Positions 7,124 through 17,215 are shown, numbered from the stretch's first letter. The stretch: DNA of 64,000 bases from an uncultured Bacilli bacterium (GCA_947625085.1 CANQMV010000002.1:1490-65489); one strand, 5' to 3'. A program made the numbers and translations. The notes: generated by a model not told the origin, from the sequence alone.

Positions 7124-8453
7124 TAAAAAAGTTGTTAATATAAGAGATTTAATTATTCCAAAATATCATAATAATTTTGGAGATATATCTCACACTCATC
7201 AAATATATACTAGTGGCAGAGCTGGAACTAAATCAAGTCGTGGAGCTTTAAAAGCGGTTAGAAGAATAATTGACAAAAAGCCTGGTTCAGTAGTTATTAT
7301 GAGAAAGTTTCATAATAAATTAAAAAAGACGGTATTTAAAGAGGCATTAAGAGCAATTTATAGATTGAAACTTAATAAAAAAGATTTTAAGATAACAATA
7401 AGTCCAATGCAAATAACTTATAATCCAACAGGAAATACAATTTACTTCACTGGTAATGATTCAATTGATGATACTAAAGGTATGATAGATGAGGATAGAC
7501 CAATTGTATTGGTTGAATTAGATGAGGTAACAGAGTTTTTTGATAAAGGTGATGGAGAAGATGAATTACAAAACATAGAAGCAACATTTATTCGTGGAAA
7601 TGATGAAGAGTTTGTTATGGAATATTATTTTAATCCACCTAAAAATCCTAAAGCTGATATAATGCTATGGCTTGATAAAATGAAATTGAGAGAAGATTGC
7701 ATACACGTTCATACTGACTATAGAGATGTGCCTGTTGAATGGTTAGGTAAAAAGTTGATAGCAACAGCTGAAATACTTAGAAATTTAGATGAAAAAATGT
7801 ATAACTGGTTATGGCTAGGATTATGTACAGGTATAGATGAAGTAATCTATTATATGTTTAAAGAAGATATTCATGTTAAAGAATTGCAAGAAGACGAATA
7901 TCATAAAATTAATTTTTTAGCAATTGGTGTTGATTATGGGCAAATGAATCCTACAACTTATGAATGCTTTGCTTTAAATGTGGCAGATAAATGTATAAAT
8001 GGAATAGATGAATATTATCATAGCGGTAGGGAAACCGGAAAACAAAAAAGTCCTAGTGAATATGCTAAAGATTTTAAAGAATTTAGAGAAAAGGTTGAGA
8101 GCCAAACTGGTAAGAAGGTGTTATATGTGTATATAGACCCATCAGCAAAAGGTTTACAAGAGGAAATAAAAAGATTATGTCCTGATATTATTTTTCCATC
8201 TGTTGATAATACAGTCGAGTTAGGTATAAATAGAGTTCAAAAGTTGATGTCTTATAGACGTCTTTTTTTAAGTTCTAAGCAAAAGCACTTGATAGAAGAA
8301 AGATATATGTATAAATACGATGAAGATTTGCTTGATAAAGGAAAAGAAGTTCCGGTAAAACAAAATGACCATTGTTCTGATGCAGAGAGATATACAATTA
8401 TGGGATTGTGGAGATTTTTGAAAAATATGTTACCAATTTTAGAAAGAGAGTGA
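7101..8453 (+). CDS. terL: Terminase large subunit
   Basis: 450 aa. Walker-A-like SGRAGTKSS near the N-terminus. Size and position match PBSX/SPP1-type TerL. Confidence 0.85.
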   Translation: MMTSQIINKKVVNIRDLIIPKYHNNFGDISHTHQIYTSGRAGTKSSRGALKAVRRIIDKKPGSVVIMRKFHNKLKKTVFKEALRAIYRLKLNKKDFKITISPMQITYNPTGNTIYFTGNDSIDDTKGMIDEDRPIVLVELDEVTEFFDKGDGEDELQNIEATFIRGNDEEFVMEYYFNPPKNPKADIMLWLDKMKLREDCIHVHTDYRDVPVEWLGKKLIATAEILRNLDEKMYNWLWLGLCTGIDEVIYYMFKEDIHVKELQEDEYHKINFLAIGVDYGQMNPTTYECFALNVADKCINGIDEYYHSGRETGKQKSPSEYAKDFKEFREKVESQTGKKVLYVYIDPSAKGLQEEIKRLCPDIIFPSVDNTVELGINRVQKLMSYRRLFLSSKQKHLIEERYMYKYDEDLLDKGKEVPVKQNDHCSDAERYTIMGLWRFLKNMLPILERE

Positions 8454-9907
8454 TGTTACTGAGATTAAATGATTTTTTAAAAAGTAAAGGTTATGAAACG
8501 AATGATATTGAAGTAATGATGCCATATATACGAACATGGAAAAGCTGGTATGAAAATAAAGTACCTAGTTTTCAAAATTATTATATTTTCAATGGTGAAA
8601 AAAATGTAAAACAAAAAAGATATACACTAGGAATGGGGAAAAAAATACCTGAAGATTATTCTAATTTGTTATTAAATGAAAAGGCAACATTTAAAGTAGG
8701 GGAAAATGAAGAAAATAATGCATTTAATAAAATATTAGATGAAAATGATTTTTACGATTTGGCCAATTCTGGAATTGAAAGAACATTTGCAACTGGAACT
8801 GGTGCATTTGTTCTTAGTTTAGGAAATATAAATTACGATGAAAAAAATGAAACTTTTAGCTTTGATAACGCCAATTTAGTTATTGAATTTGTAAGTGCTG
8901 AAAAGATAAAGCCTTTAACATATAATCGAAAAAAAGTAACAGAATGTGCTTTTGGTGTAGAAAGAGTTATTAATGGTAAAAAATATCTATATGTTACTAT
9001 GCATAAAAAAAATAATATTGGCAATTACGTTATTCAAAATTATTTGTTTCAAGTTGATAGAGGAGATAATTTAATAGATGTTTCTGACAAAATAGATAAT
9101 ACATTTTTAGAATTTGATACTGAAAGTCCTAATCCTTGGTTTTCAATTTTACGACCAGGCATAGAAAATAATATAAGTGAAGATAGTCCATTTGGAATGG
9201 CTATTTATGCTAATTCAATAGATTTATTAAAAGGTACTGATTTAACTTATGATTCTTTTTGCAACGAGTTTATTCATGGCAAAAAAAGAGTTATGGTTAG
9301 AATGGAGGCAGTTAAAGCGGATGTTATTGATGGAACAATAAAGAGGAGTTATGACCCTAATGACGTTGTATTTTATGTATTACCAGAATCTGATTACAAA
9401 AATGGCGAAGTAGTTAAAGAGATAGATATGAAATTAAGAATAGCTGAGCATGAGGAAGGGGTACAATTAGCATTAAACTTATTAAGTGAAAATGTAGGTC
9501 TTGGAACAGGTTATTATAAATTTGAAAAAAATAAAGTAGCAACGGCTACTGAGGTTATATCTGAAAATAGTGCTTTGTTTAGGTCGATAAGAAAACATGA
9601 AATAAGAATAGAGAATTGTCTTTATGATTTATTTAAAACAATTTGTTATATCGCAGGCCATTTTTTACATCTTCCACTAAATGAAGATATGGAAATATCA
9701 ATTGACTTTGATGATAGTATATTTGAAGATAAAAAAGAGATTAAAGCAACAGCTATGTTAGAACTTAACAATGACCTAATAAATCCTATTCAATATTATA
9801 TGAAAGTTTATAAAATGACAGAAAGCCAAGCAAAAAAATATTACAAGAAAGTTAAAGCGGGATTAGAAGAGAAAAAACAAGAAGATGATGAGCCTGGTGA
9901 AGAATAA
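8453..9907 (+). CDS. Portal protein
   Basis: About 485 aa directly after TerL. ATG 8453 overlaps the TerL stop (ATGA). The track start 8408 lies inside TerL. Confidence 0.8.
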   Translation: MLLRLNDFLKSKGYETNDIEVMMPYIRTWKSWYENKVPSFQNYYIFNGEKNVKQKRYTLGMGKKIPEDYSNLLLNEKATFKVGENEENNAFNKILDENDFYDLANSGIERTFATGTGAFVLSLGNINYDEKNETFSFDNANLVIEFVSAEKIKPLTYNRKKVTECAFGVERVINGKKYLYVTMHKKNNIGNYVIQNYLFQVDRGDNLIDVSDKIDNTFLEFDTESPNPWFSILRPGIENNISEDSPFGMAIYANSIDLLKGTDLTYDSFCNEFIHGKKRVMVRMEAVKADVIDGTIKRSYDPNDVVFYVLPESDYKNGEVVKEIDMKLRIAEHEEGVQLALNLLSENVGLGTGYYKFEKNKVATATEVISENSALFRSIRKHEIRIENCLYDLFKTICYIAGHFLHLPLNEDMEISIDFDDSIFEDKKEIKATAMLELNNDLINPIQYYMKVYKMTESQAKKYYKKVKAGLEEKKQEDDEPGEE

Positions 9908-11544
9908 TGAACAAAATTCAATTTGATAGATTATTAAAGCCATTAATAGAAATATATGATGATATAGAATTGGATTTAATAAACAATATTTTAAATAGAA
10001 TTGAAAATTATAAAAATGTGAAAGGTAGTTTAGAGTGGTATTTAGATAAATTAGCAGAACTAGGTATTTTAGAAAATGATAATCTTAAAGTATTAAAGAA
10101 AAATAAATCTAAAATTGAAAAAGTTTTAAAAGAAATAGTAAATAATACTGGAAGGCATAACGAAAATTTAGAACTATTAACATCATATTATGAAAAAGGA
10201 TTATTAAATGTTAATCCACTTGAGATATATAATAGTGAATCAATAAATAATTTAGTTAATAATGCTTTAAAAGATTCAGAAGATATACTTGAATTAATTA
10301 ATACTAAAGCTATTGAAGGTGCCAATCAAACATATAAATATATAATAAATAAAGCATATGTCGAAACAGCTAGTGGAGTTTATACTTATACTGAATCAAT
10401 TAGAAAAGCCTTAAATGAAATGGCTGAAATAGGTATTGAAACAGTACATTATAAAAGTGGTAGAAGTATAGGCATTGAATCAGCAGTTAGAAGAGATGCC
10501 ATAACAAGAATGAATAAATTAGTAGGAGATGTTGAGTTAAAACATTGTGAAGAATTAGGGACTAATCTAGTCTATGTTGACCAACATTTAGGTGCTAGAG
10601 TTAGAACTAAATATACTAAGAACGATTATGAGGCACATGCTGAATGGCAAGGCAAAAAATATATGATAGATGGTTCTAATGATAAATACGATAATCTTTA
10701 TGAAAAAACTGGTTATGGTGAGATGTTAGGTCTTAAAGGGATTAATTGTTATCATAACATGAGACCAACTTGGGAATGGGAAGAAATACCAGATGTTATT
10801 GATGAAGTTGCTAATAAAGAAAAATATGAATTATATCAACAACAAAGAGCTTATGAAAGAAAAATTAGAAAATTAAAAAGAAAAAGATTTGTTAGTGAAA
10901 AAACAAATGATAGTAATTACGAAAACATTAATAAAAAATATCAAGAAACAAGCAAAGAATTTAATAATTGGTTAAAAGAAAATGGCTTAAATAGAGATTA
11001 TGCTAGAGAATATGTTAGTGAAAATATTAAAAATACAGAAAATTTAGCAAGTAATCAAAAAAGTGAATTTGATAAAGTGATTTTTAAAGAATATTTGAAA
11101 AATATTTCTGGAAGTGATTATTTTGAAAAAATAAAAAAATATGAAGATGATATATTTAATCAACCAATTGAAAATGCTATAATAATAGAAGAAAATGGTG
11201 ATGTTTATAAATTTACAGGTGTAGAAGACTATGTAAATATTGATGGTAATTTTAAAAATGCTATAATTACTCATAATCATGTTACTTTTAAAGATGAATT
11301 AGGAGGTTCATTTGGTAAAGATGATTTTAATTTATTAGTAAAACATCAAGATATAAAAGAACTTAGAGCAGTTGATGAAAAGTATCTTTATAAAACGAAA
11401 GTATTAACTAAAATTTCTGAAAATGATTATGATGATGCATATATAAATGTTATTTCAATTGATGACAATGATTATAAACATTTAGTTATGAAAGTTTTAA
11501 ACGAAAGAGGATTGATTGAATATGAAAGAACAATTAGAAAATGA
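9907..11544 (+). CDS. Minor head protein (MuF/SPP1 gp7-like) with a ~190-aa C-terminal extension
   Basis: Position after the portal. The N-terminal ~330 aa look like a minor capsid/MuF protein. The C-terminal part is unrelated and contains ITHNHV..GGSFGKDD. Confidence 0.6.
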   Translation: MNKIQFDRLLKPLIEIYDDIELDLINNILNRIENYKNVKGSLEWYLDKLAELGILENDNLKVLKKNKSKIEKVLKEIVNNTGRHNENLELLTSYYEKGLLNVNPLEIYNSESINNLVNNALKDSEDILELINTKAIEGANQTYKYIINKAYVETASGVYTYTESIRKALNEMAEIGIETVHYKSGRSIGIESAVRRDAITRMNKLVGDVELKHCEELGTNLVYVDQHLGARVRTKYTKNDYEAHAEWQGKKYMIDGSNDKYDNLYEKTGYGEMLGLKGINCYHNMRPTWEWEEIPDVIDEVANKEKYELYQQQRAYERKIRKLKRKRFVSEKTNDSNYENINKKYQETSKEFNNWLKENGLNRDYAREYVSENIKNTENLASNQKSEFDKVIFKEYLKNISGSDYFEKIKKYEDDIFNQPIENAIIIEENGDVYKFTGVEDYVNIDGNFKNAIITHNHVTFKDELGGSFGKDDFNLLVKHQDIKELRAVDEKYLYKTKVLTKISENDYDDAYINVISIDDNDYKHLVMKVLNERGLIEYERTIRK

Positions 11545-11716
11545 ATTAAAAAAGTGGGAAAAAGAGTATTTAAAAGAAAAAAGGCGATTGGAAAATGAAT
11601 ATCCCTATAGAGATAATCAATTAAATAATCTACATCCTCTTAATGAATTAAACAAAAAATATTTTGAAAAGAAAAGAAAAATAATAGAAAAATATAAAGC
11701 ACTCAAAAATAAATAA
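11516..11716 (+). CDS. Small hypothetical protein overlapping the MuF gene end
   Basis: ORF track; overlaps the upstream gene by 29 nt. Confidence 0.4.
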   Translation: MNMKEQLENELKKWEKEYLKEKRRLENEYPYRDNQLNNLHPLNELNKKYFEKKRKIIEKYKALKNK

Positions 11717-11727
11717 AGTGCTTTTAT
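11696..11727 (+). terminator. Intrinsic terminator
   Basis: AAAGCACT..AGTGCTTT 8-bp stem followed by a T-run. Confidence 0.55.
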
Positions 11728-11739
11728 TATGGCGAAGAA

Positions 11740-11973
11740 ATGAAAAAAGAAGATATATTAAATAATTATGTAGAGAATATTAAACAATTAGGTAAAGAGT
11801 TAATAGATAATGCAGAAGCAATAGTTTATGACAAAATCCCTATGATTAGAGAGATTGAAATTTACACTAAAATAACATCAGGTGAAATATCAACATGGGA
11901 TTTGCATTACTCATATATGAGTAATATATCTAAATTAGACTCAAAAAAAACCCAAAGTAAGAGAAAAACATGA
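11740..11973 (+). CDS. Hypothetical phage protein
   Basis: ORF track. Confidence 0.5.
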   Translation: MKKEDILNNYVENIKQLGKELIDNAEAIVYDKIPMIREIEIYTKITSGEISTWDLHYSYMSNISKLDSKKTQSKRKT

Positions 11974-12236
11974 AACAAAAATTAGAAACTGGAGCGATGC
12001 TAAATCCAAAATGTCAAGAATGTTCTAAACGTGATAGTTGCAACAACAAAACATTATGTGCTTATTTAATACCACCAAATAATACTAAAATGAATAAAAG
12101 TCTCATTGATTTACAAGAAGTATTATCTGTTCCATTAAAATTAAATCCAGAGATGATTCAAAAAGAAATGATTAAAAAAGCTATTGAAATAAATATGGGT
12201 ATTGATAATGCAAGTTTAATGGGGTTAAGAAAATAA
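11970..12236 (+). CDS. Hypothetical phage protein (Cys-rich N-terminus)
   Basis: ORF track; ATGA coupling. Confidence 0.5.
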   Translation: MKQKLETGAMLNPKCQECSKRDSCNNKTLCAYLIPPNNTKMNKSLIDLQEVLSVPLKLNPEMIQKEMIKKAIEINMGIDNASLMGLRK

Positions 12237-12370
12237 CACTACTTTATAGGTAGTGTGAAATCTATTATTCAGGGATACGAGGGCTGGATAGGTTTCACAG
12301 TGCTTATAAAATAGCACTCCGACATTTATGTCGGTAACTGTTTAAGTCGATAGAAATATCGGCTTTTTTC
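12237..12370 (+). ncRNA. Array of five consecutive stem-loops ending in a terminator (structured RNA of unknown class)
   Basis: Hairpins at 12237-12255, 12256-12298 (11 bp), 12299-12318 and 12319-12334. The last, 12346-12363, has a GAAA loop followed by T6. Confidence 0.4.
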
Positions 12371-12486
12371 ATGTCCTAAGCATGACATATAAAAGGCAAA
12401 TATACTCTAACGTGTCGAGATATAAATTCACGTTATGCAAAGATGAGCAAACATCGTTTAAAAAACATGCATAGGAAAGGGAAAAT

Positions 12487-13023
12487 ATGGATTTTAAAGA
12501 AATCTTAGGGGATTTATATACTGATGAAATTGGTAATAAAATTAACAATTCTGGTATTAAATTTGCTGATTTATCTAAAGGTGAGTATGTTTCCAAAGAT
12601 AAATATGAAACGGCCGATAACGAGGCAAAAACATACAAAAACAAATATGAAAAATTGTTTAGTTCGAGAGAAGATATTTCTTCAAAAGAATTAGTCAAAG
12701 TAACCGCGGAAAGAGATGACTATAAATCAAAATTTGAGGAAACATCTAATAAACTAAATGGTTTAGAAAGAAGTATCAAAGTAAAAGAAGCTAAAATCGA
12801 TGATAAGTTTAAAGATTTTGTAATAAGTGAAGTTACTAAATTAGTTGATGATAAGACAGATTTTGATACAGCTTTAAAGAACTTTATAGAAAAAAATCCA
12901 CAATATAAAGTTTCTGAAAATACGAGAAGAGTTAACTCTTCTTTTTCTGTTAGTGGAAATAATCAAACTACTACTTCCAATGTCTTTAATGAAGCACTTT
13001 TAAAGGCAGTAGGTAAAAAGTAA
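12487..13023 (+). CDS. Scaffolding protein
   Basis: 178 aa, charged and helical. Lies directly upstream of the major capsid gene. SD AGGAAAGGG. Confidence 0.7.
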   Translation: MDFKEILGDLYTDEIGNKINNSGIKFADLSKGEYVSKDKYETADNEAKTYKNKYEKLFSSREDISSKELVKVTAERDDYKSKFEETSNKLNGLERSIKVKEAKIDDKFKDFVISEVTKLVDDKTDFDTALKNFIEKNPQYKVSENTRRVNSSFSVSGNNQTTTSNVFNEALLKAVGKK

Positions 13024-13038
13024 AGGAGAGTGATATAA

Positions 13039-14001
13039 ATGGAAGGAAATGTAGATGCAATTTTAAGACCTGGTGTTGAATCATTAATACCAGAAGAAAA
13101 TTCAAAAGAAATTATACAAGGAGCAATAGCTCAAAGTGCAGTTTTAAGCCGTTTTAAAAGATTACCAAATATGGCTTCTAATAAGTTAAGAATGCCTGTT
13201 TTAGACCTTTTACCAATGGCTTACTTTTTAAATGGAGATACTGATAAAAAGAAAACTACTAAAATGGCTTGGGATAAGAAGGAACTTGTTGCAGAAGAGA
13301 TTGCTGTAATTGTTCCAATTCCAGAGGCAGTTTTAGATGATGCTAGAGATAATGGCTATGATATTTGGGGAGAAGTTACTCCAAGAGTACAAGAAGCTTT
13401 CGGTAAAGTAATTGATAATGCTGTTATTTTTGATGAAGGAAAACCAACTTCATGGAGAGATGGTATCGTAGCAACAGCTGAAAAAGCAAATGCTAAAGTT
13501 GAAGCAACTGAAGACTTCTTTACAGATGTTTATGGTGAAGATGGGGTAATTGCTAAAGTTGAGAAATCAGGATTTATGCCAAATGGTGTAATTGCTGGAG
13601 TAAATCTAAGAGGTAAATTAAGAGGTTTAAAAGATAGTACAGGAAGACCTTTATATTTACAAGATTTAAAAAATGGTACTCAAAGTTATTCTGTTGATGG
13701 AATGCCAACACAATTTTTAGTAAATGGTGCTTATGATGATAAAAAAGCAGAATTAATTATTGGTGATATGGAACAAGCAGTTTATTCAATTAGACAAGAT
13801 TTAACCGTTAAATTACTAACTGAAGGTGTAATTCAAGACCCATCAACTAAAGAAATCGTATACAATCTTGCTCAACAAGATATGGTTGCTTTAAGATTTG
13901 TTATGAGACTTGGTTGGGAATTACCTAATCCAATTAATGCATTAGAACCAGATAAATCTAAGAGATGTCCATTTGCAATTTTAAAAAAAAAAGTAGACTA
14001 A
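13039..14001 (+). CDS. Major capsid protein
   Basis: 320 aa after the scaffold. SD AAAGGAGAG. Ordinary codon composition consistent with high expression. Confidence 0.8.
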   Translation: MEGNVDAILRPGVESLIPEENSKEIIQGAIAQSAVLSRFKRLPNMASNKLRMPVLDLLPMAYFLNGDTDKKKTTKMAWDKKELVAEEIAVIVPIPEAVLDDARDNGYDIWGEVTPRVQEAFGKVIDNAVIFDEGKPTSWRDGIVATAEKANAKVEATEDFFTDVYGEDGVIAKVEKSGFMPNGVIAGVNLRGKLRGLKDSTGRPLYLQDLKNGTQSYSVDGMPTQFLVNGAYDDKKAELIIGDMEQAVYSIRQDLTVKLLTEGVIQDPSTKEIVYNLAQQDMVALRFVMRLGWELPNPINALEPDKSKRCPFAILKKKVD

Positions 14002-14396
14002 ATGAAATAAAAGTAAGTGTTCCTAGTGGTGAAACATCTTTAAATCTTGGAGAAAAGACAGCTCAAGATTTATGTGAAAATTTAAGCATTGATGATACTG
14101 GCAAAGTAACAGGTACTTTAAAACACATAGATAATTGGACTGAATTTTCAAAAACTGATAACTCAGGTAACTTTATTCCTTTATATTTTGAAGAGGCAAA
14201 AGGGCAAGTTAAAGGTACTATTAAGTGTGAACTTAAAGGAACTGGTGCTAAATTAAAGAAACCAGTTGCAGTAGATGAAAAAGATGGTTTAATTGTGTTT
14301 CAGGTGCATAACAAAGACAACACTATTGAAATAACATCAGAAGGTAAAGAAACTAAAACACTTACATTAAGTGAAGTTGATTTAAAAACTGAATAG
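13965..14396 (+). CDS. Beta-rich (Ig-like?) ORF in the -1 frame of the capsid 3' end; possibly a frameshift extension or decoration protein
   Basis: ORF track. Overlaps the capsid gene by 37 nt and lacks a good SD. The A10 run at 13983-13992 lies in the overlap. Confidence 0.5.
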   Translation: MSICNFKKKSRLNEIKVSVPSGETSLNLGEKTAQDLCENLSIDDTGKVTGTLKHIDNWTEFSKTDNSGNFIPLYFEEAKGQVKGTIKCELKGTGAKLKKPVAVDEKDGLIVFQVHNKDNTIEITSEGKETKTLTLSEVDLKTE

Positions 14397-14409
14397 GAGA
14401 TGATAAGGT

Positions 14410-14814
14410 ATGCTAACTGAATTAGTAGATTATGAATATTATAAAAATTTATATGGAGATTCTAGCATACCTGAATCTTCATTTAAAAAATATGCAATTA
14501 GTGCAAGTAGTAAAATAAATCTTTATACGTTCAATAGAATTAATAAGGATACATTAGATGATAATATAAGAAATACAACTTGCGAATTAATTAATCTTTT
14601 ATTTGAACAAGACCAATTAATTGCTAAACTGAACGAACCTAATTCAGAAAAAGCAAGTGAAACAGTTGGCCCACATTCTGTTAGTTATGTTAATAAATCT
14701 AATTTAAAATTTCAAAGAATATTGAATAGAGATGAATTAAATAAGGCATGTTATCAAATAATTGCGGACCATTTACTAATGACTGGCTTGATGTATTGTG
14801 GAGGTAGATATTAA
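14410..14814 (+). CDS. Head-tail connector/adaptor protein (putative)
   Basis: Size and position after the capsid gene. Confidence 0.45.
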   Translation: MLTELVDYEYYKNLYGDSSIPESSFKKYAISASSKINLYTFNRINKDTLDDNIRNTTCELINLLFEQDQLIAKLNEPNSEKASETVGPHSVSYVNKSNLKFQRILNRDELNKACYQIIADHLLMTGLMYCGGRY

Positions 14815-15203
14815 TGTTTCCGCATAAAATAACGATATTTAATATTACTAAAGAAAATGGCGTTGTTAAATATAACAGAAAAATAGTAAATGATGTCTTT
14901 TATTATACACAAAAAGCAATATCTGAAGAGGGAAAAGGAGATAAATATTCTTATTTATATCATGTTATATTTTCAAATGATGCTTTAAAGGATTATTTGG
15001 AAAATAGTCAATATTCAAAGTTAGAAGATAAAAATAAAAATTATACTTTGAAAGAAAAAGATATAATTGTTCTTAATGAATGTGAAGAGATAACAGATTT
15101 ATTAGATTTACAAAATTCTGATAAAAATTATTTTTTTATTAGGAAAATAAATGATAATCGTTATGGCAGTGATGATTTGCAAAATATAGAGGTAACTAAC
15201 TGA
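14814..15203 (+). CDS. Head closure / head-tail joining protein (putative)
   Basis: Position only. Confidence 0.4.
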   Translation: MFPHKITIFNITKENGVVKYNRKIVNDVFYYTQKAISEEGKGDKYSYLYHVIFSNDALKDYLENSQYSKLEDKNKNYTLKEKDIIVLNECEEITDLLDLQNSDKNYFFIRKINDNRYGSDDLQNIEVTN

Positions 15204-15697
15204 AAATTAAAGCTAAATTAAAATTACCTAATACTACTGAACTTATGGAAAGTGTAGGATTGGATAGTGGTGGAGAAGTGCAAAAATACATAGATAGTTT
15301 TGTACTTTATCATTGTGAACCTTATTTACCTGGTAGAAGACATCTTCATGAATCAGGTGTTAATGCTACTAAACTAGGAAGTGGTATGGTTATTTGGAAT
15401 TCTCCTGATGCTAATTATTTATATGAAGGAAAATTAATGGTTGACCCTATTACTAAAGTTGGTGCTTTTCCAATTAGAGGTGGAAAAATCTCTTTTAAAG
15501 AAAGTGATGGAGATATTGAAGTTTTTGTTAGTAGAAAAAATACTCAAAAAATCATGGACCCTAAAAATAGAGATTTACGATATTATGGTGGTAGTTTAAG
15601 AAGAGACCATTGGTTTGATAGAATGATAAATAATGAAATAGACGATTTAGTTAAAGGAGTTCAACAAAAGATAAACGGAGGTAAAAATGGAAGATAG
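15200..15697 (+). CDS. Neck/tail-attachment protein (HK97 gp10-like position); probable CTG start
   Basis: Frame is open from 15200. CTG overlaps the upstream stop (CTGA) and has SD AGAGGT 7 nt upstream. The first ATG is at 15245. Confidence 0.45.
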   Translation: MKIKAKLKLPNTTELMESVGLDSGGEVQKYIDSFVLYHCEPYLPGRRHLHESGVNATKLGSGMVIWNSPDANYLYEGKLMVDPITKVGAFPIRGGKISFKESDGDIEVFVSRKNTQKIMDPKNRDLRYYGGSLRRDHWFDRMINNEIDDLVKGVQQKINGGKNGR

Positions 15698-16148
15698 TAA
15701 AGCAATTATTGAATGTGTTAAAGATTATTTTAAAAGATGCCCGTATTTAGATAAACTGGCAGAAATAAATGTTGATTATTTGAATATGGATGCTAAAGAC
15801 CATGAGTATTGGTCTATTGAACCATTGGAAGTGCCTATTATACTAAAAAGAAATGTTTTAGGAACTATGACTGAACGGCAATGTCAATTTATATTAGCAA
15901 GTCGTTCTTTTTTTAATCCTCTGGTTGATACTCAAAATATTAAAAATTTACATTTGTTTGAAAAGATAGCAGAATGGCTTTATCAAAACAATAGAAAAAA
16001 AATATTTCCGACTTTAAATGAAGGGGAAATTGTTAAAAGTATTGAAGTTACAACAGGAGGATATTTATATGGCACTAATAATGATAATACAATTGCTAGA
16101 TATCAAATGCAATGTAAATTAGTTTATAAAAAGAAGGAGATGAAATAA
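15687..16148 (+). CDS. Tail completion protein (putative)
   Basis: Position before the major tail gene. Confidence 0.4.
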   Translation: MEDSKAIIECVKDYFKRCPYLDKLAEINVDYLNMDAKDHEYWSIEPLEVPIILKRNVLGTMTERQCQFILASRSFFNPLVDTQNIKNLHLFEKIAEWLYQNNRKKIFPTLNEGEIVKSIEVTTGGYLYGTNNDNTIARYQMQCKLVYKKKEMK

Positions 16149-16151
16149 GTT

Positions 16152-16694
16152 ATGGCTTTAACTTTATTAAAAGGTAAAAACGAATTTAATCGTGAAGACC
16201 ATATCACGATGTTTAATTCAAATATCGAAAAAATAGATGAAAATGGTATTGTTTATAATGAAGAAGATGCAACTTGGGTTCCATTTGGAGAAGATAATGA
16301 TGAGATTACAAGAGAAACTAATAATGAAACTGATGCTACCAAGAATGTATTAGGAAGAACAAAAGTAAAACATACACCAGGTCCGCAAACTACTGAAATT
16401 GACCCTATTGCAATCAAAGGCAATGATGCTTTGTCAACAATTCTTTATTATATGTTTAAATATAATTTAACTGGAGATAAGGCGAAACTTCAATGTATGG
16501 AAGTAACTTTAGCTGATGAGCAAGAAGATGGTAGTTATGGTGCATTTACTGAAACAGCTATTGTTAATTTGAATTCTTGGGGTGGAGATACTACTCAATT
16601 AAATAGTCCAATTACATTAAATTGGCTAGATGATAGAGTTCATGGAACTTATAAAACAGCAGATAATAAATTTACACCAACTGTCGCTGAATAA
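16152..16694 (+). CDS. Major tail protein
   Basis: 180 aa, followed by a strong terminator, then the chaperone pair and tape measure. Confidence 0.65.
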   Translation: MALTLLKGKNEFNREDHITMFNSNIEKIDENGIVYNEEDATWVPFGEDNDEITRETNNETDATKNVLGRTKVKHTPGPQTTEIDPIAIKGNDALSTILYYMFKYNLTGDKAKLQCMEVTLADEQEDGSYGAFTETAIVNLNSWGGDTTQLNSPITLNWLDDRVHGTYKTADNKFTPTVAE

Positions 16695-16700
16695 TTTTTT

Positions 16701-16732
16701 GGGGCTTATATAAAATAGCCCCTCATTTTTTT
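16701..16732 (+). terminator. Intrinsic terminator
   Basis: GGGGCT-loop-AGCCCC stem followed by a T-run. Confidence 0.7.
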
Positions 16733-16750
16733 ATAAAGGAAGGGAAAAAT

Positions 16751-17215
16751 ATGAGTTTAATAATAAAAAATAAATTTGTAAAGGAAGAATTAAAAGATGA
16801 AAATGGAAATGTATTAGGTTATTTACAATTTAATCCAAATGATTCAAGAATAATAAATAAATTGTCAAAAATTGTAAATGATTTAAGTAAAGATTTAAAA
16901 CAATTAAATAAAATTGGAGATTTTCCTAATTTATCAGATAAAAAATTAGAAAGCATAGAAGATTTTGAAAATGTAGCAAGTGAATTTGAAAAAATAAACG
17001 AAGCTTTAACAATAGAAGATAAAGCAATCGATAGTGTAATAAATGATTTATCAGAAGTTTTTGGAAGAGATACAATAGAACTATTTACAGGTGGAACTAA
17101 AGATATAATGACAATATTACCTTTGATTGAATTTATTATGCCTTATGTTAAAGAGGCAAGAGAAAAAAATATGAGTAAATATTTAAAAAATGGTAATAGT
17201 GATGTGATGGAATAA
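16751..17215 (+). CDS. Tail assembly chaperone (gpG-like position)
   Basis: Acidic 154-aa protein between the major tail and tape measure genes. Confidence 0.55.
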   Translation: MSLIIKNKFVKEELKDENGNVLGYLQFNPNDSRIINKLSKIVNDLSKDLKQLNKIGDFPNLSDKKLESIEDFENVASEFEKINEALTIEDKAIDSVINDLSEVFGRDTIELFTGGTKDIMTILPLIEFIMPYVKEAREKNMSKYLKNGNSDVME

